A stretch of DNA of 64,000 bases, taken from the NCBI GenBank assembly GCA_030704615.1, contig CM060732.1, positions 40,486,001 through 40,550,000 of the forward strand, given 5' to 3'. Positions 52,441 to 64,000 of this stretch are shown piece by piece; position 1 is the first letter of the stretch; each line of letters starts with the position of its first letter. This DNA comes from Takakia lepidozioides (Eukaryota; Plantae; Bryophyta). A model generated the notes under the pieces. That model had not been told where the DNA came from and did not search any database. It saw only the letters and a program-made list of their open reading frames with translations. Position numbers and translations under genes: made by a program.

Positions 52441-54401
52441 TAATTTTTGAGAGTGAAGAAATTCAAGTTAACACGAAGAGTTACATTGCACAATGTATAA
52501 AGACCTTTGTGACAAAAATACGTACACACAGTTTTTATCTAAGTTTGTTTCCACGCCTCGTCCTAGTATCTTGTCTCTTCTGTCCATCACTGCGGCCAGC
52601 TGTGTGTAGAGCCGTCAGCTATGATCGTTTTGTAGTCGTCTCTACTGCCCACACCCTGACGTGGATCCTTGATCATCTTCTGTTTGATTCGCCAAGCGAC
52701 TTGCTCCTGGAGGAGTATGGCATCCATCGCAGCATCCGTGACTCACAGAATCGGATAGTTCCTCAACAACCCAAGATTGAAGCAACAAGAGCCGATCCCA
52801 CCCGGACCAAGAGGATGATGTGGGAAATGGGGTCAGGACTTGACACGCTTATGGTTGAATACTTCTACAGACGCTGTCTTGATCGGGTACTTCAGAGTGA
52901 GAGTAGCCAGCCATGCCCACATTGCAGGCCAACACTCATATTTGCAAGACTAGGCGGAGGTGGCGCAGGAAGACAATCCGCGCAATCTAAGCATGGTGTT
53001 GAAGGCACACCGCTACCCCAAGCTGCGTGGAGAGCCGTGGACTTGGTGAAGTCCCACTCTCGCGTCGTCCTGGAGCTGGAGACGCAGTTGGCAGTGTGCG
53101 TTTGGCCCCATGCCGCTACGTAGAAGTGTGAAACGAAAGGGAAACAAACAGTTCATGTCTGGCGCTATTCACTGCAAAGCATGCACAAGCGCTACCGGCA
53201 TCCTGATTCACCAATGTCCATCACCAACTACAAGAGATAATTTAGACCCTGATCGGATGCAGCACCTGCATCAACCTTGATATATTCTAGCGAACAATGC
53301 GTCACAACACTTTCAATGTTCAATAGATTTGGACATCTATGGTATAATTCTATAACGATTTGAATCTACACATGATGATTGCCATCTCATGTTCCTCTCA
53401 TGTTTAGGCAAAGAAAGAGAAACTGCTGCTCACTCGCTGTACTCCACCGTCCGCAAGGGAAGCACCCACAGCGCTGCGGCCACCCGTCGATGAATGCCGT
53501 TGGACTCTCCGTTAGTGCTTCCGCATGTCGCGGAAGAGCCGATCGAAGGAGTTGTGGATTTGCTGTTGTCATGGCAGCGCTTGTGAAGATCTCGATGTGA
53601 ATTGGATCTTTGGATGCAACGATCTACCGATCCACTGAAGATGTGAGGTCTTGCACCGCCTCATGAACGAGAGGCAGATTGAATGAGAGAGAGAGAGAGA
53701 GAGAATGTACTCATAAGACGTTCTTTGCCTTAGCCTTGTGGCCATTGACCCCGCGCCCAGTTTGAGCGGAAGAGAGAGAGAGAGAGAGTGAGAGAGAGAT
53801 TTACTCTGGATGAGAAGTGAAATTTGCATGCAAAGAGAAGAAAGTGATGCATGTGTATTGTAAGGTTGCTGTCACGCTTGGATGTTCGCTTTCGGCTTAT
53901 TTTTACTGAAAGACATGATTACCGAGGTCATCAACCCCTGCAATGCATGTGAGGTAGAAGCCTCTTGTAATGTTGTTTGTCTTCCAATGGAATCTGTCTC
54001 TAGAGGACTATTTTGGCGCTTGTATGCAACCTGTTTAGTTGAGCAAGGCCCGGTGATGGCGGATGTCCCACAGCTAATTAGTGTGCCAATGGTGGTAGGT
54101 GACAGACAAAAGGTTTGCTGTGAAATATTGATGTTTCAGCCCCTTCTTGGGGAGAAGAGCTTCATTGGGTTCTGGCACTTGTGATTTGAGGTTATTATGT
54201 AAGGCAGGACAACTCAGATCCTTTGTCCAAACACTGAACAAGAACATTGGAGGAACTTTTTGTATGTATCGGGATGTTTAAGTCTTAAAGGGTGCTGAAT
54301 GGCTTCTGAGTGGCAATGAAAGACACCAACCTGGTGGCTTACACGCAGTGGAACCTTTTTGCTCAGTGCATGTATGGGAGCAGCCTCTTTGACAGCAAGT
54401 A

Positions 54402-57400
54402 CTAATTACCTGAAGCACAGGGAAAACCCACAGAGAGTGAAGTTTGTCGGACCCAAGTGCTGCCATCAATGAAGTCGAGTTGTAGAAATTGTTGAACCTC
54501 CTTGTCACTGAGTTCGTAGGACCACAACACACGCTCCAATCCATTAGCCCCTGGTCCTGTGCAATTGTATTGGGCATAGAAGGAAGTCCTGAAACACATT
54601 CAACACACATCCAGTGCAAAACCATTCACTCACCAGCATTTCAATGGTCTAGTGAATGCAACTTGTACTTTTATGTAATTCCACACCAGGAAATTGAGGT
54701 TTCATCAGCAGCTTGTGCCCTTGGTCACCGCCTAGAAGGTTCTCAACACTAGCACCTACTAGAGGAAGTTGCATTCATAACTTCCTATGACATCATACCA
54801 GGGTACTTTACTAGTAAAGGGATGAATTCCCTTTTGGCTCTCTTTCTCTAGAGTCTGTGTATGCTATATATCTTTCTTACCTCCCTTGAGAGCATATGGG
54901 AAAGGGAATGTTCAACCTGTCATAAATTGAGCTCTCACAGGCATAGATTAAGCAAAACTCTGACAAGGGGATTGGGGGATTTCTCCTGGAGGAGGATTTT
55001 GATGAGTGATCAACTCTGCAAGTACACAATCCTCTCAAAATTAAAACCAAGCCTGAAGGTAAAGAAGGCAATTCATGGAGAAGTCAGATCCTCACGCATG
55101 TACACTGCTGTCTTCGAAATCTGTCCATCCTTCTGGAACAATGATATCGTCCATATATGTTCTTATGAATACAACCCGAGAATATGAGCCCCATGCACGC
55201 CCCAGCCACACCATACCGGTACCTGTGACATTGCAATCCACGAAAACAAATCCAGAATTCTCCTGAGGATCTCCTCTTGCTTGTGCAGTAATTGACCCTG
55301 TTGTTCGTGCTATGACATGAATTTCACATCCCTGTAAGCAACAATCCAATAAGAGAAAATCAAGCGGATTTTCCCATTTTCTCTCTTTTCGAGCCGGATG
55401 GTACTAGGGTTACCAAATAGATTGTAGACATGCATCAAAAATCTAGTCTGAATTGTTACTGAAATTAGGCTTAGGATTGCAGATGAGATGATGTACTTCA
55501 TACACAGACTGTCCGTTGCCAAAAATGAAGTCAATAGAACCCGCAATGAAGCAGTGTTTGAAGTAGTGGCGGCCTGAATAATCAAACAAAGTGTCCTGGG
55601 CACCATAGAATCCGCACTCATAGAAGGCTGCCATATCACCAGATACCAACAATGCCACTGCTTGCTTCCCAGCGGCCCCTGGTTCTGCTGCTGGAGCGGC
55701 ATTCTGGGCAAAAAAAATAGCCTACTGTAACTTCAAATCCGTATGTTTCCTTTCCATTAATATGCAATCCTTAAGCCTTTAGAACTGACCTGACGCTGAT
55801 TCACATACATGTTTTAAAGGGAGAAACTGACAACCCCGCCTCTAGGCTTTTCTTTCCTGCCATCTAATGCAAGGTGCATTGTTCAAGTTCTGTAGAACCG
55901 TTTGAGGCTACGGAATGACTGTAACATAACATCAGAAATGATTTTCTCCTGAGCCATAAAATTCATCCTCTTTTTGCACCTCAACAAATAATCCCTCTGC
56001 ATAAAGGTGTGGTTTTGGAGTGAACTTCAGCCTACCTCAAAGCCCACATTTGATGCAGTGAAGTGGTCAGCATAGATGGAAACAGTGGCACTGCCCTGGG
56101 TTCCACCACTGTCTGCAGCGGTGTCACTGCCAGTTATGATTGTGTTGGACAGACCCGCTCCTTGAAATAAGATGAAAGGCTTGTTGATAGGAATTGTCAC
56201 TTTTTCCCTGCAATTTGTCATCCACAACAGTGCAGTCTGGGGCAAAAAATCCAATTGCTTTGTCAAAATGATTGTACACATGACGAAATGCATACAACAC
56301 TTTGCCAATTTCAGCAGTTACCTAGTGAACCACCCTACTGTTTTCTTGTACTTTGAGGCTGGTTTTTCATGTTGACCCAGATAGCAGAGAACAAAAAGAG
56401 CTTTTCCTCATGTACATTTAAATCCTAAACAACGAAACCACAAGGATATACAACCCAGGAAAATGACAATCCTACAAAGACTCCACCAAATGAGACCCTG
56501 ATCCAAGCCAACCTTCTTGTTCCGAGTTTTGGGAAATGAAGGCAAGATAAAGAGAGCATTCCCGTATTCGTCACTGTAATGCATAACCAGCTTGACACAA
56601 ATTGGACTAATACAGCAAGGATAAACATTCAATCCAGTTTTTTAAAACAGTGGTTGAAGCATAAGTGAACTTCCCTCTCTACACGCAACTAGTGGCTTTC
56701 TCCATCACTAGTGGGCACTGGACGCGATAGAGGAAGAATGCATGCAATTTCTGGCCCCAGGTGGACATGCCAATTGAAAAAGTCGCCCGGCATTATTGGT
56801 TTCAAACCTCGGAGGCTCAGGCTGGAAGTAGGAGACTCCAAGACACCAATCTCAGAACAAAGTGCAGAAGCTCTTTGAATCCAAACCGGCATTGGCTGAT
56901 GGCTACAGTGACCCACTAAAATACGCTGTGCTCATCCTTGAAATTGACTATACTGTTGTCAGGCATCTGAAGGGAGCCTCGAAAGAAACAAACAGATTGA
57001 CCGAGATTGTGCAGGAATCAATCTGAACGCTGTACTGTTTCTGCTCAACCGAAATATCAAAACCTTTCATATCCTCTCTCTCCCCCCTCTTGCTTGCAAT
57101 TCTACTTGTGTCCCTCGGGACCATTGAGCCTCCGCTGACGTAATCACATTCTATCTTTATTTCTTGCTCTCATTCTCTTTGTGGCAGTCACTCACCTGTA
57201 AAATCCAGCATTGATTTGGACGATGAAAGGCTCCTGGTTGTTCTCGGGCACGGAATCAACAGCCGCCTGCACCGATGCAAAGTTTCCTCGACCATTTTTG
57301 TCCACTACAGTCACCTTCTGTGCTAACGAGATGGATGCAGAAACTCTCTGGTCCGTTACTGCGGACTCAGACTCTTGAAAAGAACGGGAGGTGGCGATAG

Positions 57401-57464
57401 AGGGATTCGTTAGCAGAAACACGCCCAAAAAAATTATATAGGCTTTCATTTCATCACCACCCAT
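54402..57464 (-). CDS. Pectin methylesterase (CE8, no PRO domain), 5 exons, ~356 aa
   Basis: Exons 57464-57196, 56207-56036, 55703-55497, 55331-55096 and 54588-54402 sum to 1071 nt in frame. [52 protein letters not shown]. The start could alternatively be at 57449. Confidence 0.94.
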
Positions 57465-59299
57465 CCTTTCTCTCGCTTCGATTCTCACTCATTTACGGCA
57501 TGCTGCAAGCTTGATCATCTCCATGCTGAAACCTCTCAATTCCATGGCCCTCATACACACACACGGGACACACAAAACTCTTCGCTTCCTCTCTCTCTCT
57601 CTCTCTCCTTCGGTTGCAAACAGACGGAAAGCTGGATGGATGGATGGATGGATGGATGAATAGTACATCCAACCAGATTCCTAAACGATTCTTCACATAC
57701 ATTGTATTTATATTCAAACTGAATTAATATAAAAAACAAGCCATTGACGATCGGACGGATGAGATGCACACAGGGACGATGGATGAGGATGGACGAGGAC
57801 GCAGATACGGCGGTCAGTGAAAAGATCGCCCTTCCCGTCGCCGTCACTGTCGTCAGGTCGGCGTGTCTTCCGTCGAGGGATGGCCGGATGTTGCACTTCT
57901 CCGTCGACGGCGCCGTCGCCTTGGCAGGTGGGTTGAATCAACGTTCCGTTTAACTCATAAGCAAAAGATGAAGAAGATGGACGAATATTTCCGTGAGCAG
58001 TTCTCGTCCGCCCCTAATTCGACGGACGGAAAATGAGCAGTTTTATTTTAGTTTTATTTCTACAACAGTCTAATTAACAGTTGTAACTAATTTTTCTCTC
58101 CGTTGATAATGGAGAGATTTCATCCACGAAAACCAACTTCCGTCTCTAGTTTTTTGTACGTAGTTGCTGGCAAGAATTTATACCTCGTACATATGTAGGT
58201 ATGTATTTTCGTGTATTTTAATATACCGTATGTTAGTGTATTGTACATGTTTAGGGTAGTATATTCTTTAACGTAGACGCTGAGAGAGGAGATGGCAGAG
58301 AGGAGCAGAGAGTTGCAGGAATGAGTGATGGGCCCGACCGAGGTGGAGGTACAATCTTGGAGTTTGGTGGGGTGGAATCATGCATCTGACACAAGTTGGG
58401 TCATCAGCTCCACAGAAAAGTTGCAGGAGTTTTCATAGAATTCACACATCTGCAGCCTGCTTGTGCTTGAGTGTCGGGAGACCTGGCGGGAGATTCTGAC
58501 ACAATACATATTTGCTCGAAAAAGTGATGCGCTCAAGTGAAGATAAGAACGTGGACCACCATGGAAAAGTTGGGACACATCACGAACTTGATGATAGACT
58601 TCACTAAATACTAATAAGACTCGAAATTCTCAGGTGGCTAGACTTTCTTAGTTGCTCCCTTTTCTTTCGCAATTTGATCGGAAGGCGCGCTGCTCTCGCC
58701 TCACAGTTAAATCAAAACTACAGCATTCAGCGATCTTCCATCAGTGGATTAGGAGCACTGCTATGGCCGACTAGTACAGATGCCCGTGAGAAATATATAT
58801 TCTGGGTGATCGTCGGAGGTTCAGGAGTATCAATGTACGTAAACTTGTTGAAAGTGAAAGAAAGGAACCTTTTTGGAGTCAGGCATGGCAGCAAGTTGGC
58901 TAACGTCCCTCTATGCCATATATACGAACCATAGCTACATGCGGTTGGAGTGCACTTTAAGACCCAGTAATCAACTAATCCTGCAGTGGTCGGTCTTTGT
59001 AGGTGGGGGCAGTAGCATGCAGGACCGAGTTTACATGCGAAGCTGGAAGAATTAAGGGATCACACGCAGAGGATAAATACCAGCTGCTACAGACTCGCTC
59101 TCACTCAACTGATATAATAAATCAGTGTTACCGTCCAGCTCTCACTCATGTACACCTGAAGTACCCTTACATGAACATAAAAAAACAACGTCCAACCCCA
59201 TCGCTTCCATGGAGGTCTTTTCATAGACCCAGGTAGGAAATCCACTCCGCGCCACATGACTAGGCACCATTCAGTTGGTTAGAATGGCGCTCAGCTTGG

Positions 59300-59900
59300 A
59301 TCCATACTAGTATACTAACTACACCAGCTCTAATAAGAGAGAAGGAAGTGGGCCATCAAGGCGACCCAAGTTCCCACAAAAGCTCATCACTCAGCTCATT
59401 CCTAAAGCAAACCTGCATAGGATAGCCCCAAAGAGCTTTGAGAGATCTAAACACTTTCCCGCCCGGTTGCAACTTGAAGTAGGTAGTTATTGTCGGAGCC
59501 GTACGAACATGGATCTCCGATTCTCCAGCCGTGGTGTGAATTCGTCAGTTTGCTTGAGAGCTGGCGATAACAAAAAGTCTGGTGCAAGCCATGCTCTGTC
59601 TCTGACAGGATCCAAGCCCGCCGCCACGAGTATGTCATGGAGCATCGCTTGGTGCGACCAAGGAAAGTGACACGTTTTGTGGGGGGTAGATGTGCACGCG
59701 TCCAAGTCTAAGAAACTGCAAGCTGGCTGCACTTAGTTTTGGTACAAGACGTGGAGAGCGCTGTTCTGTACCTCATCACTCCTTAACTTAGCAAACCGCA
59801 TTAGTTTATTGTAGCAAGAACACAGGGCCTGCCCCGATCTAATCCAGGTACCCAAGCCAATACAATTCCCAAGGCACGCCGCACTACATGGAGTCTGTCT
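59300..59900 (-). mobile_element. Possible highly decayed non-LTR element fragment (zinc knuckle / REL-endonuclease-like)
   Basis: C...H..C..PWSHQAMLHDILVAAG...APDFLL resembles the C-termini of REL-type LINEs. Very degenerate. Confidence 0.25.
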
Positions 59901-60877
59901 CCACGCACAAAACTAGAAAAATGTGCTCGGAGCCCAAATGGCAAATACGTATATGTAGAGCGGAAATGCGTGACAGAGATCATGCGAGAGATTGTTCATG
60001 AGGAGGATTAGATCAGCGCTTACCTAATTAAGTATCTTTTGGACTGTTGAAAGTTGACTTTGAAGATCGCATTAGTCGACACTCATTCACATAAGTAGCA
60101 AGTTATGACGGCATTTTGCGGCCACCCTGTACGGGCCAGCCACATTGATTTGACCCAGGAACTTTTGCAACAAATTTTAGCATTAAATGAAGAATAGGTC
60201 GACAGACTGGCAAGTCGCAACTGCACATCCCAAAAGGAATGGCACGCAGACACTGTGTGAGGTCGGCCTCGGCTTTCCATAAGTAGTAGAATCAACGGTC
60301 CCCGGCGGCTGTTCAACGTTTCCTTTAGTCTTCCACTTGCACCGTTCCAACACATCAGGAGAAGTATTTATTCGCAGACATTTCGAGAGAGAATGACTGT
60401 CTGTGCTTGCAGAAGGAGAAAGATCTTTGATACATATACACATCCTTGGAAACGCTTTGTTGAGCGAGCTATAAGCTGCTATATCGGAACAATAGGAGAC
60501 CATGGGCATTCTGCAGGGTAACTCATGTTGACAGTTATCGTCTAGGCTACTTTCACAGCTTGGAACACTGCCTGCTGACATTGTTACAGTGCAAGATTCT
60601 TCCTCGTTTAACATGTGTGTACACACTGTTCTTTCGATTCTGACGTTCGATGGCCCCTTGTACTCTAATAGATTGCTCCCAAGTGCTCATCGTGCGTCTT
60701 GAAAACACTAGACAATATATACGATAATAACTAGATGCACATGCGGTACACATAAATCTGTTCATATATTCATAATTTTGTACACAAAAACATGCTTTTG
60801 AACAAAAATCCTATAGCTTGAACCGTTTTCGCAGACTGATTCGAGTCACTACGGAGAACGACGAATGAATCTGAATT

Positions 60878-61002
60878 TATACTCTATATTTGACTATCAG
60901 ATTCGCAGGTCCGCTCTTTCCCTTCCTGCGGTCTAATTGGTATACTCTATCTCGACTATCAGATTCGCAGGTCCGATCTTTCCCTTCCTGCGGTCTAATT
61001 GA
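60878..61002. repeat. ~62-bp tandem duplication downstream of the last PME
   Basis: TATACTCTAT..T.GACTATCAGATTCGCAGGTCCG.TCTTTCCCTTCCTGCGGTCTAATTG x2. Confidence 0.9.
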
Positions 61003-61278
61003 TATAGTTCTCTATTGCTGTATGCTAAGCTTTCCACTCTCGGTCTATCCCTCACTCTCCGCCTGAATGGTAAGCTCTTTCGCCATCCTTATTTTTGTCC
61101 TTCTTTTCGGCCCTTCCCTAAATTATAGCCTATTATTGAATGAGGCCCACAAGGATGCCTGGTTGAATCATGAACGATGAAGGCGTAAAAATGCAGGTCT
61201 GCGAACAACGCTGAGATACAAGGACACTCGTAGCACTTGTGAGTCTGGATGACACCCATAGACATTTGCTTGTTCAAA

Positions 61279-63278
61279 CTAAACCTCACTAACCCAATCT
61301 TGTCCATTGATAAAGCCTAGAGAGAGGAAGGGCGCTGCCTCAGCGTCTGTGAGTTGATGAGCCCATCGCACCCTCCCATATTCAGTTGCTCCAGGCCCGA
61401 AGCATTGGTACTCTCCATAGTATGTGGTGCTGCAAGTTCACGAGCAAACTGTTAGACTCTAGAGTAGAGTAGCAAGATAACGCACCCTGCAAATTTTCAT
61501 TGCGTAAGCCGAGGACACCCACACAGGAGACATTGCATTGGGCAGAACACTCTTTTTGTTTCTAGACTTCTCGCCACTGATTGTGACATACCTGTCCCTG
61601 GCGGGTATACCCCAGTCGAACCAGCCTTCGGGAACAATAATGTTAGCCATCCACGTGTAGAGAAACACTACTCGGGAGTAAGGTCCCCATGCGCGCCCTA
61701 AAAAGACATTCCCAGACCCCGTTACAGTGCAGCCGACGAAAGAAAACCCACTGTCTTCGGTCGGCAGAAGCCTTTTCTGAGCCGTCAGCGATCCACCTGA
61801 CGTGGGAATCACTCTTAACTCGCAACTCTGCAATACAGTTGAACAAGGAAAGTGTTTTAGTGCGGCATCTTTAAGTACAACCTTGAGGACCATGCATGCT
61901 TCAGGGTATGCAGTCACACAATCTGAGCATGCCGAGAATGAAGACTTCCAAGCAGGCAATCCTAAATGCACAACACGGTCTGTAAGGTATCCAGGTTTCT
62001 CAGATTCCAAGTACAATGAGACCTGAGAATTACCGACTTGGTGTAGGGACGACTACGATGTTTATCACAAGTGGTTACAACTTAGAAATTCAACTTCCAT
62101 CCCGACACAATGTAGCTAGCCTCTCTTGTCCCTCTTAATCTTCCTACAGGTCTCGCCCCATTTTGTACCTTATACATAGAGAGTCCATTGCCGAAGATGA
62201 AATCAATTGAACCTTCAATAAGGCATTCTTTGAAGTAGTGGCGGCCCCTATCATCGTAGAGAGTGTCTTGGGCCCCGTAGAACCCACATCCATAAAAGGC
62301 TGCACAGTCACCTGTGATTCGCACTGCTACAGCCTGCTGTTGGTAAGCCCCAGCTGCTGGAGACGGCGCTGTATTCTGTACACAATCACATTGTAGCAGA
62401 TGGCATTGGCGCTGTTAGCTCTGGAAAACAACTGAGCCAACTTGCCAGAAGTGACAACGATATACAAATACGGAAACGGTCAAACATCTCCCAAAAGCAG
62501 TCTATAGAGAAGTCTATCTTGCAAAATCAATGCTTACCCTGAAGCTAATATTCCTGGCAGTGAAGAACGGGGCGCTTATGCCAACAGTCGAACTTGTGTA
62601 GGTAGTTCCAGTACCCACTGCACTCTCCCCATAAGTAATTGAGGTGACATCGCGACCAGCTCCTTGCAATGTGATGAAAAACTTCGACTTGGGGATAATA
62701 ATTTTCTCCCTGCAGACAGTGTCACTCAAGTTCAATCGCTGCTGTAGACAGCATTGACGCAGAGGAAATTACACTCCCCAAAAGATCCGTGTACTATCGA
62801 TAAGAGATCGGCTAGGACTCAACTACGTCACCTGAAACACATTAGGCCCTCTCCCTCTTGAACACGCAACCACAAAAATGAAAGATGCTTCCCGCTAGAT
62901 GAGGAGGTCTTACACGTAGGTGCCCGCATGCACTTGGATAGTAACTCGCTGTTTGTTGTGCAATGGCACTGCGTTCAGAGCATCCGTCACGGTCCTGTAG
63001 TCCCCAGCACCGCCTTGGTCCACTACGATTACTCTTGCAGCACCATCAAGTTTACTACGTTTTAAAGCGGGAGATTTCTGATCAGGCTTCTCCGGAGAGC
63101 TCACGAGGGCAGCATGCTTGGCACCGACTTTAGCTACCCAGCTCTTAAAATCGGATTGTGAGCTGGAGACCTCGCCCTTACCATCTGACTCTTTTGACTC
63201 GACGAAGTGCGACGACAGAAATACAAGGCAAAGTCCAATGAGAACAGCAAGCATATGAGAGTTCCACATACTCCCCAT
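61279..63278 (-). CDS. Pectin methylesterase (CE8, no PRO domain; F..WV..VG N-terminal motif as in the PME53/PME68-type clade), 5 exons, 376 aa
   Basis: Exons 63278-62914, 62709-62538, 62375-62169, 61827-61592 and 61429-61279 sum to 1131 nt. Signal peptide, [66 protein letters not shown]. Confidence 0.95.
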
Positions 63279-64000
63279 TTGCTTCGCTGCAGGGAACTTT
63301 TTGGAACGCTATTTGATTGTACGGGGTTCTCTGCCTCTCTCTCTCCCCTCTTCCCCGTTTCACTCCCTAATCTCTCAAGCTGACTTATTCACAGGCTCAT
63401 CTCCCAATGTCAACACTCCCAAGTCTACAACTCGCATACAGACAACCCACTCACTCACCCTCCCAAACTGTTTCCACCTCCAGAACTCCCACCCTCTTCC
63501 TCCAGGAATAGCTTGTGATAGCTTGGGAGAGCGGGCAGTGATTATAAAGGACAGCAGCGCCTGCGGGGGGTACCTCGCTCTATCCGACAGCCCTCTATGG
63601 CACAACCGCTGGCATGACTGCGTTTGCGCCACCTTTTTAATATCTCTTCATCAATTATTAGTTAGCAGATCACACTTACAATCTGCTGTTCTTTTCCGCC
63701 GACTCAGAGATCCTGGCAGGGTTTAAGATGTGGGTTTAGCATGGATTTAGGCTGGGTATAAGAATATTGTTCACATTATGCGTGCCATCTTGACCAGGAC
63801 CTCCTTGCAAGCAAACCTTCCTGAGCTCCACCTCCGTGCTGACTATTGCATTTCCGTGCACCTTCCCCATGAGCAGCTGTTTTTTGTTTGATAGTGGGTG
63901 GAACCCACAACAAGTACCTACAGTATCAGTCTGCAGATTACGCAGCCACACTTTATTACACAGTATCACTGCAGCGTATCTCACTAAAAGCTACTCTCAC

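Noticed and set aside
52509-53123. 204-aa ORF
   Set aside because: Non-ATG start, no motif and no splice support. At most an unassignable decayed gene.

Overview
Eukaryotic, intron-containing land-plant DNA. The TE repertoire and protein sequences suggest a non-seed plant (bryophyte or lycophyte-like), but this is inference only. The left end holds a decayed multi-C2H2 zinc-finger gene and a 10-exon plastid-type PNPOx/HugZ-like split-barrel gene (minus strand). From 13.5 to 63.3 kb every recognisable non-TE gene encodes a secreted cell-wall-loosening protein, drawn from three unrelated families. In order: pseudo-PME(+), pseudo-pectate lyase(+), alpha-expansin(+), PME(+), pectate lyase(+), deleted PME duplicate(-), PME(-), PME(-). 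This looks like a non-homologous pectin-demethylation/cleavage/wall-loosening gene cluster, and it is the main finding. The genes are interspersed with TEs: a Sola/DUF7869-like transposase relic, L1 and RTE-X-like LINEs, inverted copia fragments around a hAT element carrying a tRNA-derived SINE, and TA-flanked MITEs. Exon boundaries were read by hand from GT-AG sites and reading-frame continuity. No database searches were run.
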